Below are positions 1 to 9,652 of a stretch of DNA of 64,000 nt, in pieces (position 1 is the first letter of the stretch; every line of letters begins with the position of its first letter). The notes below the pieces were generated by a model, which was not told the origin of the DNA, ran no database searches, and worked only from the letters and a program-made list of their open reading frames with translations. The stretch comes from Nannocystis sp. RBIL2 (lineage in GTDB: Bacteria; Myxococcota_A; Polyangia; Nannocystales; Nannocystaceae): NCBI RefSeq assembly GCF_026626745.1, contig NZ_JAPNJW010000001.1, positions 972,311-1,036,310 on the forward strand, written 5' to 3'. Position numbers and translations under genes: made by a program.

Positions 1-75
1 CCGCAGCGCCGGCGCCAGCTTCGCCCGCCCGCTGGCCGCCAGCGAGCGCCTGCTGACCCGCGCCGGCCCGCGGAC

Positions 76-180
76 GCACATGCCCTCGAGGCCATGACTC
101 GAAGAACATGTCCATATGGGCATGCTCTTCGGAGCATGTCCTCGTCGACATGCTCCATGCGTCATGCCAGCGCGCTCATC
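76..180. repeat. GGACATGTCC-family 14-bp phased array (8 units)
   Basis: CATG at 78, 93, 107, 121, 135, 149, 163 (plus 156). Units are CATGYYC + 7 nt. Lies 3' of the beta-helix gene. Confidence 0.8.
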
Positions 181-351
181 ATCCATCCCACTCGCGCTCT
201 CGCCTGCTCATGCACCGACGCTCGCGGCCGGAAACAAAGGTGCATATATGTACCTTTGTCCGCCCAAACCAGCCCTTACGGCTCAAAAATTACCTCTTGT
301 CTCGCGAGCTCTCACCCGCGCCGCCGAGCGCCGGCCCGTCGACAGCCCGCC

Positions 352-2172
352 TCAAGACGGATCGCAGCCGAACGGCGGCAGCGTCGCCGCCGGCGTCTCG
401 GCCCCGCCCGTGACGCGCTCGGACGTCACGCGCGAGCCGCAGGCCCACGTCAGCGTCGGGCTGAAGCAGCGCACGCAGGACACGTCGCGGACCACAGCGT
501 CGACGCCCATGGCGACGTTGATCGCCCCCTCGCCGCCGGCGTTGCGCAGCTGCACGTGCTCGAACAGGTTGCCGCGGGCCTTCTCGTACAGGCGGATCGC
601 GTCCCACGTCCCGCGGCGATCGGTGGTCCCGAAGATCTGCACCGGGCGTTCGGCCGTGCCCTCGACGCGCAGCGAGCCGCCGCCGAACTCGCCGACCCCG
701 AGCGAGAAGCCGTCGTGGACGCGCAGCTTGGCGCCGGCGCGGATCGTCAGCGTCGCCTGGTTGTCGACCGAGACCGGGCGCTTGACCTCGATCGGCACCC
801 CGAAATCGTGCCACACCGCGTCCTTGCTGACCTCGCCGCCCTCGACCTGGACCGTCGTCGCCGCGTCGAGCTTGTTCTCGGCCGGGATCATCCCGAACAG
901 CTGCGGACTCACGTCGAAGGCCGGGTGCGAGCGCTCGAACGTGTTGTCGCGGAACTCGCCGAGGCGGACGTTCGCGCCCTGGAGCGTCACCCCGCCGCCG
1001 TTGTCGCGGAACGTGCAGCCCTTCGCGCTGAGGCGCGCCTCGTTGTTGGCGTAGACCACCCCGCGGTCGGAACGCTGGCCGCCGTACTCGAACACCACGT
1101 TGCTGAAGCTCGCGGTGGCCGAGCGGTAGAGGTTGACCCCGCGCCACGCGTGCGACGTCTCGCGCGTCGCCGACGTCAGCACGATCGGCTCCTTGCCCGC
1201 CGCCTCGGCGATGAGCGCCGCCGGGTGGTCGTAGCCGACCGTGAAGTACGCGTCGTCGTCGAACTTCAGGACTGTCCCCGGGGCCAGCTCGAGCATCGCC
1301 TCGTGCTTGTCGTCGGGGCCCTCGATCTCGATCACCCCGCCGATCACGAACGGCACCTTCGGCACGTCCCAGCGGGCGCGTTCGCGGATCATCCCGCCGA
1401 GCACGTGGATCACCGAGTCGGGCGGGAACGTGTTGTCGGGCGTCACCGACCCGGCCGAGCGGGCCGGCAGCAGCAGCGCCGGCGAGCTCACGCGCTCGAG
1501 CCGGTTGCCCTTGAAGCTGCTGACGTGGCCCTTCGACGTGACGTGGACCGCCACGTTCTGGCTGTCGCGCACCGTCGAGCCGTCGATCTTCACGTCGGTC
1601 GCCTGCACGTAGATCGCCCCGCGCAGGTCCGTACCGGCGAACTCGAGCACGAGCCCGGCGATCTCCGAGCCGTCGGCGTGGTCGTACAGCGCGATCCCCT
1701 TCCACGCCCCCGGCTTGGCCTGATCGCCCGCGGCCGTGAAGCGGACCGGCGACTCGGGCGTGCCGCGCACGTGCAGCGTCGCCGGGCGCTCGAAGCCGAC
1801 CGCCAGCTCGGCGTCGGGCATGAATTGCAGGGTCACCCCTGCCTCGATCGTCAGCGACCCGTTCTCGATCCGGTAGCCCGGGTGGACCGTCACCGACTTG
1901 CAGGCCGAGCCGATCACGCGGTCGACCTGCTCCGGCTCGCGGAGCGCCTCGGGGCAGTCGCTGACCTCCGGCCGGCGCGGCGCGGGCGCAGGCGCCTGCA
2001 CCCGGTCGGGCATGTTCGGGTTCGCCTCGACCTTCTGCGACTTCTGCTCGTCCGGTCCGCAAGCGAGCGCGACGGCCACGCACCCGAGCCCGATCTGGCG
2101 CAGGCCCGCGCCGGGACGTCGGCCACGCCGGCGCGCGGGCTCGGCAGCGGACGCAGCGGCGCGGGGACGCAT
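352..2172 (-). CDS. Right-handed parallel beta-helix repeat lipoprotein (pectate-lyase-like fold), secreted
   Basis: The 1259-aa six-frame ORF 352..4131 is real only in its C-terminal 606 aa. An ATG at 2172 starts MRPRAAAS..., followed by a signal/lipobox-like stretch (VAVALAC). Repeated beta-helix rungs are present (NVAVHV, GVVYANNEARL, GGVTLQGANVRL). The upstream 650 aa are Ala/Gly/Arg junk typical of a GC artifact. Confidence 0.6.
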   Translation of the reverse strand: MRPRAAASAAEPARRRGRRPGAGLRQIGLGCVAVALACGPDEQKSQKVEANPNMPDRVQAPAPAPRRPEVSDCPEALREPEQVDRVIGSACKSVTVHPGYRIENGSLTIEAGVTLQFMPDAELAVGFERPATLHVRGTPESPVRFTAAGDQAKPGAWKGIALYDHADGSEIAGLVLEFAGTDLRGAIYVQATDVKIDGSTVRDSQNVAVHVTSKGHVSSFKGNRLERVSSPALLLPARSAGSVTPDNTFPPDSVIHVLGGMIRERARWDVPKVPFVIGGVIEIEGPDDKHEAMLELAPGTVLKFDDDAYFTVGYDHPAALIAEAAGKEPIVLTSATRETSHAWRGVNLYRSATASFSNVVFEYGGQRSDRGVVYANNEARLSAKGCTFRDNGGGVTLQGANVRLGEFRDNTFERSHPAFDVSPQLFGMIPAENKLDAATTVQVEGGEVSKDAVWHDFGVPIEVKRPVSVDNQATLTIRAGAKLRVHDGFSLGVGEFGGGSLRVEGTAERPVQIFGTTDRRGTWDAIRLYEKARGNLFEHVQLRNAGGEGAINVAMGVDAVVRDVSCVRCFSPTLTWACGSRVTSERVTGGAETPAATLPPFGCDPS

Positions 2173-2247
2173 CGGCCGAGCATGCCACGCACGTGCGCAG
2201 ACACGCAAGGCGGACGAGCGGCCCTTCGGCGGTGCTAGACTTCGGCC

Positions 2248-3033
2248 GTGGCCTCCCGCAAGCCCGCGCCCGCCGTCACGGAGCCGACCATCCGTGTCCG
2301 CCGGATCCACCGCCGCGACCTCAACAAGGTGTGGGAGTTCCTCAAGCGCGTGTTCCGCTCGGTCAACCGCGAGACCGTCGAGTACCAGCGCCCCCGCACC
2401 AAGACCCGCTTCCTCGAGATCTACGAGGAGGAGGGCATCGAGCAGCTGCTGTTCGAGATCCACGAGGGCGACGCCCCGGTGATCGTCGGCTACGCCGAGT
2501 GCGCCTACGAGGTCATCGGCTCCGACAATTGGATCAACGAGCGCTACTTCGAGAGCCGCGACATGCGCCCGCTGTTCGTCGAGGAGATCGCCATCCACCC
2601 CGACTTCCAGGGCCGCGGGATCGGCAGCTTCGTCATCGAGCAGCTCGAGCACCTCGCCCGCGTGCGCGGCTGCACGCACCTCGTCCTCGAGGTCGCCGCC
2701 AACAACAAGCGCGCGCTCCAGTTCTACCGCGCCCGCAGCTTCTCCCAGATCGACGCCGCCATCTTCCTGGCCAAGAAGGTCGTCAGCGAGCCCGAGCTGC
2801 TGCCGCCCCGCACCCTCCGCAACAGCGGCCTCGAGGCGGCCCCGTCCGACCCGCCCGAGGCCGGGCCCGAGCCCGAGGCCGAGGAGGGCTCCGAGGACAT
2901 GTCCGAAACGACAGGTGCGGAAGCACCGGACCTCGAGGACATGCCCGAAGAGGCAGACGAGCCCGAGCCCGAGCCCCCAGCGCCCCCGGCCAAGCCCGCC
3001 CGCGCCCGCCGCTCGCGCCCCCGCAAGGCCTGA
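2248..3033 (+). CDS. GNAT family N-acetyltransferase with acidic Pro-rich C-terminal tail
   Basis: Acetyl-CoA binding motif region IAIHPDFQGRGIGSFVIEQL; the C-tail EDMSETTGAEAPDLEDMPEE is encoded by partial copies of the GGACATGTCC element. Confidence 0.75.
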   Translation: MASRKPAPAVTEPTIRVRRIHRRDLNKVWEFLKRVFRSVNRETVEYQRPRTKTRFLEIYEEEGIEQLLFEIHEGDAPVIVGYAECAYEVIGSDNWINERYFESRDMRPLFVEEIAIHPDFQGRGIGSFVIEQLEHLARVRGCTHLVLEVAANNKRALQFYRARSFSQIDAAIFLAKKVVSEPELLPPRTLRNSGLEAAPSDPPEAGPEPEAEEGSEDMSETTGAEAPDLEDMPEEADEPEPEPPAPPAKPARARRSRPRKA

Positions 3034-3117
3034 CGCCGCCACCCGGACGCCGAGCGCCTCGCTCGTCCGTCGCGCCGTGTCGCCGATCGCCGTCACCACG
3101 AAGCCGTCCGGCTGCCT

Positions 3118-3960
3118 GTGCGTCGCGTCCGCTGCTGTGTTAGCGTCCGCCGCGTGACCGAGCCGGCCCCAGCCCCGCACATCGAGGCCCGCGGCCTCGG
3201 CGTGCAGTTCGCGGGCGGCGTGCAGGCCCTGAGCGGCCTCGACCTCGTCGTCCGCCGCGGCGAGCTGCTCGCCCTCATCGGCCCCTCGGGCTGCGGCAAG
3301 TCGACCTTCCTGCGCGTGGCAGCCGGCCTCGCGCCCGCCAGCGCGGGCACCATCACAGTCGCGGGCGAGGCCCCCGAGCGGGCCCGGGCGCGCCGCGCGG
3401 TCGCCTTCGTGTTTCAGGATCCGACCCTGCTCCCGTGGCGCAGCCTGCACGCCAACGTCCGCCTCCCGCTCGAGCTCGCGCGCGCCCCGAAAGCCGAGCA
3501 GACCACCGCCGCCGACGCCGCGCTCGCGCTCGTCGGCCTGTCGGAGTTCGCCGCCGCCCCGCCGACTGCGCTCTCGGGCGGCATGAAGATGCGGGCCTCC
3601 CTGGCCCGCGCCCTCGTCACCCGGCCCGAGCTGCTCCTGCTCGACGAGCCGTTCGGCGCCCTCGACGAGCTCACGCGCGAGCGGCTCAACGACGAGCTGC
3701 TGCGCCTGTGGGAGCGCGACCGCTTCACCGCCCTGGCCGTCACCCACAGCGTCGCCGAAGCGGTCCTGCTCGGCGACCGCGTCATCGTCCTCTCCGGCCG
3801 CCCCGGCCGCGTGGTCGCCGACATCCCGATCGCCCTGCCGCGCCCGCGCCGCGCCGCCCTGATCGGCAGCCCCGAGTTCGCGGCGATCGCCGCCGACGTC
3901 CGCGCCCACTTGCGCGCCGCCGCCCCGCCTGACCCTTCGGACCTGCCTGTTCGGACCTGA
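3118..3960 (+). CDS. ABC transporter ATP-binding protein, NitT/TauT (SsuB/TauB-like) family
   Basis: Walker A GPSGCGKST, ABC signature LSGGMKMRASLARAL, Walker B LLLLDEP. The probable true start is the in-frame GTG at 3154 (VTEPAPAP). Confidence 0.85.
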   Translation: MRRVRCCVSVRRVTEPAPAPHIEARGLGVQFAGGVQALSGLDLVVRRGELLALIGPSGCGKSTFLRVAAGLAPASAGTITVAGEAPERARARRAVAFVFQDPTLLPWRSLHANVRLPLELARAPKAEQTTAADAALALVGLSEFAAAPPTALSGGMKMRASLARALVTRPELLLLDEPFGALDELTRERLNDELLRLWERDRFTALAVTHSVAEAVLLGDRVIVLSGRPGRVVADIPIALPRPRRAALIGSPEFAAIAADVRAHLRAAAPPDPSDLPVRT

Positions 3961-4020
3961 CCTCTCCGCCTGTCCCTTCGCACCTGTCCCTCCACACAAG
4001 TCCCTCGGGACAGCTCTCCC
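3931..4020. repeat. Degenerate CCTGTCC-variant 14-bp phased array
   Basis: gaccTTCGgacctgCCTGTTCggacctgaCCTCTCCgCCTGTCCcttcgcaCCTGTCCctccacaCAAGTCCctcgGGACAG. Overlaps the ABC ATPase stop and the ATPase-permease spacer. Confidence 0.6.
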
Positions 4021-4129
4021 GGCCGATCCCCGCCCCGCCGCCGCAGCCGGCCTTCCTCCTCCCCACATCTCCCCGCTCCCTCGCCTGGCGCCGGCACCTC
4101 GCCTCCTCCTCTCCTCTCTGCCTCCTCGC

Positions 4130-4918
4130 ATGTCCCTCGCATCGGCCGCTCGAGCCGCGCTCCCGCCGCTCCTCGTCTTCCTCGCCCTCCTCGGCCTGTG
4201 GCAGCTCGCCTGCAGCGCCCTGGCGCTGCCGGCCTACCTCGTGCCGACCCCGGCCGAGGTCGCACGCGAGGCCGCAGCCCACGTCGGCGAGCTCGCCCAG
4301 GCCGCGCTGCTGACCGCCCTCGGCGCGCTCGGCGGCCTCGGGGCCAGCCTCGTCGTCGGCGGCCTGGTAGCAGTCCTGTTCTCGCAGTCGCAGACGGCGG
4401 CGCGCAGCCTCTACCCGTACGCGATCTTCCTGCAGACCGTCCCGATCGTCGCCGTCGCCCCGCTGATCGTCGTGTGGTTCGGCACCGGCCTGCAGAGCGT
4501 CGTCCTCACCGCCGCGATCCTCAGCGTCTTCCCGATCATCACCAACGGCACCACCGGCCTCGTCCGCGTCGACCCGCAGCTGCTCGAGCTGTTCGCCATG
4601 AGCGACGCCTCGCGCCTGCAGCTGCTGCTCAAGCTGCGCCTGCCCGGCTCGCTGCCCTACTTCGTCGCCGGCGCCAAGATCAGCGGCGGCCTCGCGGTCA
4701 TCGGCGCCATCGTCGGCGAGTTCTTCGCCGGCTTCGGCGCCGACGAGCTCGGCCTCGGCGCCCTCATCCTCCAGACCTCCGGCCGCCTGCAGACCGCCTA
4801 CCTGTTCGCCGCGATCTTCACCGCCACCCTGCTCGGCCTGCTGCTGTTCGGCCTCGTCGCCCTGCTCGGCGAGCTCGCCCTCCGCCGCTGGCGCGGCCGC
4901 GAGCTCGCAGTCTCCTGA
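4130..4918 (+). CDS. ABC transporter permease (NitT/TauT family, SsuC-like)
   Basis: Six TM helices and an EAA-like loop; immediately downstream of the ATPase. Confidence 0.85.
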   Translation: MSLASAARAALPPLLVFLALLGLWQLACSALALPAYLVPTPAEVAREAAAHVGELAQAALLTALGALGGLGASLVVGGLVAVLFSQSQTAARSLYPYAIFLQTVPIVAVAPLIVVWFGTGLQSVVLTAAILSVFPIITNGTTGLVRVDPQLLELFAMSDASRLQLLLKLRLPGSLPYFVAGAKISGGLAVIGAIVGEFFAGFGADELGLGALILQTSGRLQTAYLFAAIFTATLLGLLLFGLVALLGELALRRWRGRELAVS

Positions 4919-4924
4919 CCTTTC

Positions 4925-4995
4925 GCGCATGTCTCCTCCGACATGCCCCATCCTTCATGCACTCGAGGACATGCTCGAACGAGCATGCTCCCTCA
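4925..4995. repeat. GGACATGTCC-family 14-bp phased array (5 units) between convergent genes
   Basis: CATG at 4927, 4942, 4956, 4970, 4984. Confidence 0.8.
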
Positions 4996-5448
4996 ACCTC
5001 GCCGCGGCACCACCGGTCCGACCGCGCGCACCCGCAGCGCGGTGAGCGGCGCCCCGCTGACGCGGTCGACCAGCACCGGCTCGATCGGCAGCCCCGTGGC
5101 GGCGTCCTCGAGCACTGTCGGCGGTGGGTCTTCGCGGGCGAACTCGTCGCCCCACTGCATCAGAGTCACGATCACCGGCCGCAGCCCCCGGCCCTTCGCC
5201 GTCGGCACGTACTCCTCGCGCGGCGGATGATCCTGATAGGACCGGCGCTCGAGGATTCCCGCGGCGACCAGGTGCTCCAGGCGGGCCGTCAACGTGGCCC
5301 GCGGGATCTGCAGCCGCGCCTGAAACGCCTCGAAGCGCGTCACCCCGAGCAGCGCGTCGCGCACGAGCAGCAGCGTCCACGGGTCACCGACGACGTCGAG
5401 CGCCCGCGCGATCGAGCACTGCATCCGGTCGAGTCGCTTGCGCCGCAC
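4993..5448 (-). CDS. HxlR family transcriptional regulator
   Basis: Winged-helix HxlR signature (ARALDVVGDPWTLLLVRD ... REEYVPTAKGRGL); the start may be the internal Met (MQCSIARAL, ~5424). Confidence 0.8.
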   Translation of the reverse strand: MRRKRLDRMQCSIARALDVVGDPWTLLLVRDALLGVTRFEAFQARLQIPRATLTARLEHLVAAGILERRSYQDHPPREEYVPTAKGRGLRPVIVTLMQWGDEFAREDPPPTVLEDAATGLPIEPVLVDRVSGAPLTALRVRAVGPVVPRRG

Positions 5449-5461
5449 GAGGCCCGTTGTA

Positions 5462-6838
5462 TCACGCCCGGGCCGGACCTGTCCGAAGGGGCAGCGAGCA
5501 CAGCGCGGTCGCCAAGCCGCCGGCGATCATCACCCACCACACCCGGTCGAACCGCGCCAGCGCGTCGGCCGGCCCGCTCGCCCCGGCAGTCAGCCCGATC
5601 GCCAGCGCCACCCCGAGCGTCCCCGCGAATTGGCGCAGCGCCTGGTGGACCGCCCCGCCGACCCCGAGGCGATTGGCCGGCAGCGCCTGGCCGACCACGC
5701 TCGACAGCTGCGGCAGGCACAGCGCCACCCCCGTCCCCGTCAGCAGCATCGACGGCAGATAGTCGATCGCGTAGTCGACCTCGGCCGACAGCATCAGCAG
5801 GCGCCACAGCCCTCCGAGCGCGAACGACAGCCCGCCGACGATAAGCAGCGGTCGCTGGCCGATCCGCGCCGCCAGCCGCCCGAACCGCGGTGACAGCACC
5901 GCCACCAGCAGCGGCCCGGGCGCCACGCCGAAGCCCGCCGCGAGGATCGACCAGTCCCACACCGCGGTGAGGAACAGGACGCTGGCCAGGAACATCGCAG
6001 TGAACGCCGCGCCGAACGTCAGCGTCGCCGCGTTGGCCCAGCGGAAGTTGCTCGCCGCGAACAGCGACAGATCGATCGTCGGCGCCCGCGTGCGCGCCTG
6101 ATGGAGCACGAACACCGCCAGGGTCGCCAGGCCGGCCACCAGAGTCGCCGCGGTCCGTTGCGACGTCCAGCCCCACGCCTCGCCGAGCACCAGCGCCAGA
6201 GTGATCAACACCGCCGCGAGCACCAGCAGCACCACCCCGAGCGGCGCCGGCAGCACGCTGTCGGGGTCGCGTGACTCGGCCAGTCGTCGGCGCCCGAGCA
6301 GCACGGTCACCAGCCCGACCGGCAGGTTGATGGCGAACACCCAGCGCCAGCCGCACGCCTCGATCAGCGCCGCGCCGAGCGTCGGCCCGACCGCCCCGGC
6401 CACCGCCCCCGTCGCGCCCCACACCGCCAGCGCCACCGGCAGCTTCTCGCGCGGCGTCGCCCGCATCACCAGCGCCAGCGACGAAGGCACCAGCGCCGCG
6501 CCGCCGGCCGCCTGCAGCACGCGCGCGGCCACCAGCAGCCCCGGAGTCGGCGCCGCCGCGCACAGCAGCGACGCCAGGGTGAATCCGATCGACCCGGCCA
6601 GGAACATCGCCCGATGCCCCCAGCGATCGGCGAGCCGCCCGAACGGCACCAGCGCGGCCGCGAACACGATCGTGTACGCGTTCAGCACCCACGACAGCTC
6701 GGCTGTCGGCACCGCCGGGAACGTCGCCGCGATCGACGGGAACGCCACGAACAGCACAGTCGTGTCGAGGAACACCGCGAACACGGCCAGGCTGGCCACG
6801 ACCAACGGGGACAGACGCATCTCCATGCGTTCAATCAT
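5462..6838 (-). CDS. MFS transporter, DHA2 (EmrB/QacA-like) family, 14 TM
   Basis: Typical MFS motifs (GRLADRWGHR, multiple TM helices). The ORF extends to 6898, but the likely start is MIERMEMRLSPL around 6838-6820. Confidence 0.8.
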   Translation of the reverse strand: MIERMEMRLSPLVVASLAVFAVFLDTTVLFVAFPSIAATFPAVPTAELSWVLNAYTIVFAAALVPFGRLADRWGHRAMFLAGSIGFTLASLLCAAAPTPGLLVAARVLQAAGGAALVPSSLALVMRATPREKLPVALAVWGATGAVAGAVGPTLGAALIEACGWRWVFAINLPVGLVTVLLGRRRLAESRDPDSVLPAPLGVVLLVLAAVLITLALVLGEAWGWTSQRTAATLVAGLATLAVFVLHQARTRAPTIDLSLFAASNFRWANAATLTFGAAFTAMFLASVLFLTAVWDWSILAAGFGVAPGPLLVAVLSPRFGRLAARIGQRPLLIVGGLSFALGGLWRLLMLSAEVDYAIDYLPSMLLTGTGVALCLPQLSSVVGQALPANRLGVGGAVHQALRQFAGTLGVALAIGLTAGASGPADALARFDRVWWVMIAGGLATALCSLPLRTGPARA

Positions 6839-6971
6839 TGAACGAATAATTTCCGGATCGCAAGCCCTCGCCGCGCGGATCCGCCCGACCCGATTCAACC
6901 GAACTCACGCGCCATCCCCTTGCCGATTCCATATGACGTCCATAATCTAAAAATCACCTCAGGAGCACACG

Positions 6972-8021
6972 ATGCGGTACAGGACATTCGGTCGTCGCAC
7001 AGGCTTACGCGTCTCCGAGCTCGCCCTCGGCACCGGCAACTTCGGCACTGGTTGGGGCCACGGCAGCGAGCCCGCCGAGGCGCGGCGGATCTTCGACGCC
7101 TACGCCGAGGCGGGCGGCAACTTCATCGACACCGCCGACACCTACCAGGTCGGCCAGTCGGAGCAGTTGCTCGGCGAGTTCCTCGCGGCCGAGCGCGACC
7201 GCTTCGTCGTCGCCAGCAAGTACACCCTCGGCGTCGGGGGCGGCCTGCACGCCACCGGCAACAGCCGCAAGACCATGATCGCCGCGCTCGAGGCCAGCCT
7301 GCGCCGGCTCAAGACCGACCGCATCGAGCTGTATTGGGTCCACTTCCCCGACGGCCTGACCCCGATCGATGAGATCGTGCGCGGCCTCGACGACCTCGCG
7401 CGGGCCGGCAAGATCCTCTACGGCGGCCTTTCGAACTTCCCCGCCTGGCGGGTCGCGCGAGGCGACGCGATCGCCGAGCTGCGCGGGTGGACCCCGCTCG
7501 CGGGCGTGCAGATCGAGCACAGCCTGGTCGAGCGCACCGGGGAGCGCGAGCTGCTGCCGATGGCCGAGGCGCTGGGGCTCGGCGCGGCCCTGTGGTCGCC
7601 GCTCGGCGGCGGCTTCCTCACCGGCAAGTACCGCACCAGCGACGAGGGCCGCCTCACCGGCCTCGGCATGCTCGTCCACACCGAGAAGACCGCGCGCGAG
7701 ACCGCCATCCTCGACGCCGTGGTCGCAGTCGCCGACGAGGCCGGCGTCGCCCCGACCCAGGTCGCCCTCGCCTGGTCGCTGGCCCACGCCGATCGCTCCA
7801 CGACCGCGCGGATCCCCATCCTCGGCCCGCGCACCCGCCCACATCTCGACGCCGCCCTCGCCGCGCTCACCCTCGAGCTCGCGCCGGCCCAGCTCGCCCG
7901 CCTCGACGCCGCCAGCGCGATCGCCCTCGGCACCCCGCACCAGCAGGTCGAGAGCAGCCGCCCGCGGATCGCCGGCGGCCAGCCCGACAGCATCGTCCCG
8001 CCGCCGATCCCCGTCGCCTGA
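6972..8021 (+). CDS. Aldo/keto reductase
   Basis: AKR motifs (LGTGNFG, IDTADTY, LYWVHFPD); good RBS aggagcacacgATG. Confidence 0.9.
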   Translation: MRYRTFGRRTGLRVSELALGTGNFGTGWGHGSEPAEARRIFDAYAEAGGNFIDTADTYQVGQSEQLLGEFLAAERDRFVVASKYTLGVGGGLHATGNSRKTMIAALEASLRRLKTDRIELYWVHFPDGLTPIDEIVRGLDDLARAGKILYGGLSNFPAWRVARGDAIAELRGWTPLAGVQIEHSLVERTGERELLPMAEALGLGAALWSPLGGGFLTGKYRTSDEGRLTGLGMLVHTEKTARETAILDAVVAVADEAGVAPTQVALAWSLAHADRSTTARIPILGPRTRPHLDAALAALTLELAPAQLARLDAASAIALGTPHQQVESSRPRIAGGQPDSIVPPPIPVA

Positions 8022-8169
8022 ACCGGCGGGCGGAGCCCACGTGCCGCGCTCCGGTCGGGTCGCACTCACCTGCGGGGAAGCGCACCACGCCGCGAGAGAC
8101 CGTCTTCGCGGAGCTCCGCCGCGCGAGCCCGCGAGCTTCTGCCTCGCACTGCCCGCCGGACGCCACACT

Positions 8170-8230
8170 TCACATGTCCCCGAGGACATGCTCTTTTATT
8201 CATGTCCTCGAGACCATGCCCCCATGGATG
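8170..8230. repeat. GGACATGTCC-family 14-bp phased array (4-5 units) upstream of SBP gene
   Basis: CATG at 8173, 8187, 8201, 8215, 8223; palindromic core ATGTCCccgaGGACAT. Confidence 0.8.
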
Positions 8231-8291
8231 CGCCCCGTGGCACGGTCGAGGCCGCTGGTGCGTCCGTGGCGCTCGGGTGTACGCTTCCGGC

Positions 8292-9293
8292 ATGCGCGCT
8301 CCGCTCCGACCGGTCCCGCCGCGCCCGCGGTTCGGCGCCCTCGTCCGCCTGCTCGTCGCCTGCCTCGGCTTGCTGCTCGTCACCTGCGGCCGCCAGCAGG
8401 ACTCGCAGCAGGTGCGGATCGCCCTCAACTGGTTCCCCGAGGTCGAGCACGGCGGCTACTTCGCCGCCCTCGTCCACGGCTACTACAAGGAAGAGGGCCT
8501 CGACGTCGAGCTCGTGCCCGGGCGGCCCGACGCCCCGGTCCTGCCGCAGGTGGCCGCGGGTCGCGTCCAGTTCGGCATCGCCGACGCCAGCGAGATCCTG
8601 CTCGCGCGGGCCCAGGGCGCCCCGGTGGTCGCGCTCGTCCCCGGCCTGCAGAAGAGCCCGCGCTGCATGATGGTCCACGAGGCCTCGGGCATCACCGACC
8701 TCAACGACCTCCAGACCGGCAGCGTGCAGCTGAGCGTGCGCGAGCCGTTCGCCAGCTTCCTGCGCGCCGAGTATCGCTGGCCCGAGGCGGTCCAGGTCGT
8801 CCCCTACAGCGGCAGCGTCGCCCCGTTCCTGCTCGACCCCAAGGCCGTCCAGCAGGCCTACGTCTTCAGCGAGCCGATCATCGCCGAGTCGCAGGGCGCC
8901 AAGGTCCGCTGCATCCTCGTCGCCGACCTCGGCTTCAACCCCTACGCCAGCGTCCTCGTCACCTCCGAGTCGCTGCTGGCGAGCCGCCCCGAGCTGGTCG
9001 CCCGCGTCGTCGACGCGACCCTGCGCGGGTGGGAGCAGTACCTGCGCGACCCGAGCGCCGCCAACGCCGAGATCCGCGCCCGCAACACCGAGCTCAGCCC
9101 CGAGATCCTGGCCAAGGGCGCCGCCGCCCTCAAGCCGCTGGCGGCCCCCGAAGGCGGCACGATCGGCGCGATCGACCCGGCCCGCTGGAAGACGCTCGCC
9201 GATCAGCTCGTCGACCTCGGCCTCCTGAAGGCCGGCGCCGTCGACCCGGCCACCGCCTACAACCTCGAGATCGGCCGCAAGCCGGCGAAGTAG
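8292..9293 (+). CDS. ABC transporter substrate-binding protein (NMT1/THI5-like, SsuA/ThiY-type) with signal peptide
   Basis: ATG at 8292 gives MRAPLRP...LLVACLGLLLVTCG with a signal/lipobox; NMT1-like periplasmic domain. The ORF track start at 8202 lies inside a repeat array and is unlikely. Confidence 0.8.
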   Translation: MRAPLRPVPPRPRFGALVRLLVACLGLLLVTCGRQQDSQQVRIALNWFPEVEHGGYFAALVHGYYKEEGLDVELVPGRPDAPVLPQVAAGRVQFGIADASEILLARAQGAPVVALVPGLQKSPRCMMVHEASGITDLNDLQTGSVQLSVREPFASFLRAEYRWPEAVQVVPYSGSVAPFLLDPKAVQQAYVFSEPIIAESQGAKVRCILVADLGFNPYASVLVTSESLLASRPELVARVVDATLRGWEQYLRDPSAANAEIRARNTELSPEILAKGAAALKPLAAPEGGTIGAIDPARWKTLADQLVDLGLLKAGAVDPATAYNLEIGRKPAK

Positions 9294-9304
9294 CCGCCGG
9301 ACCC

Positions 9305-9362
9305 TTCGGGCATGCTCCGAGCGACATGTCCTGCAGGACATTTCTTTAAAGACATGCCCGAT
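9305..9362. repeat. GGACATGTCC-family 14-bp phased array (4 units) downstream of SBP gene
   Basis: CATG at 9311, 9325, (CATT 9339), 9353; ATGTCCtgcaGGACAT; AT-rich spacer ttctttaaaga. Confidence 0.8.
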
Positions 9363-9609
9363 CGTTGTCCACGCCGAGAGCTGCCAGATCCTCGCGCGCG
9401 CCGCCGCCCTCCTGATCGCCATCCACCTCGACCCCCTGGCCGTCATCCGCGGTTTGCCCGCGGCCGCCGTCGTCCCGCCCCGGGCCTTGCCGCACGACCT
9501 GTCCTCAGGGACAGCTTCGAGCCCGCCGCCCCGCCCACGCGGCCGCGCGACCCCCTCGTCCACACGCCGGCCCGCGCGGCCGCGACCTTCGCCGGCCGGC
9601 AGTTGACGA
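9361..9609 (+). pseudogene. Truncated duplicate of an internal segment of the downstream gene 9653..11014
   Basis: Positions 9368-9480 are ~90% identical to 9928-10040. Translation gives ...SCQILARAAALLIAIHLDPLAVIRGLP..., matching ...SCPILARAAALLIAIHLDPLAVARGLP... downstream. It starts directly at the edge of repeat array 9305-9362 and has no start codon. Confidence 0.35.
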
Positions 9610-9652
9610 CCCCCGCCTGCCCGGACACGATCACCCGGGCCAGGACTCTCGC

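Noticed and set aside
1-93. Possible 3' end of an upstream gene at the window start
   Set aside because: Too short and edge-truncated to assign; no recognisable motif.
94-2238. 714-aa plus-strand ORF and 632-aa minus ORF (290..2188) overlapping the beta-helix gene
   Set aside because: Arg/Ala/Pro-rich junk composition, antisense or out-of-frame to a credible protein. The N-terminal MTRRTCPYGHALRSMSS... is simply a translation of the repeat array at 76-180.
352-4131. 1259-aa ORF on the minus strand spanning 3.8 kb
   Set aside because: Only the C-terminal 606 aa (352-2172) look like protein (beta-helix repeats, signal peptide). The N-terminal 650 aa are Gly/Ala/Arg/Glu low-complexity and lie antisense to well-supported plus-strand genes (GNAT, ABC ATPase). 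This is a high-GC open-frame artifact.
8202-8291. ORF-track start of the SBP at 8202 (MSSRPCPHGCAPWHG...)
   Set aside because: These 30 codons are a translation of repeat array 8170-8230. The signal peptide begins at the ATG at 8292.
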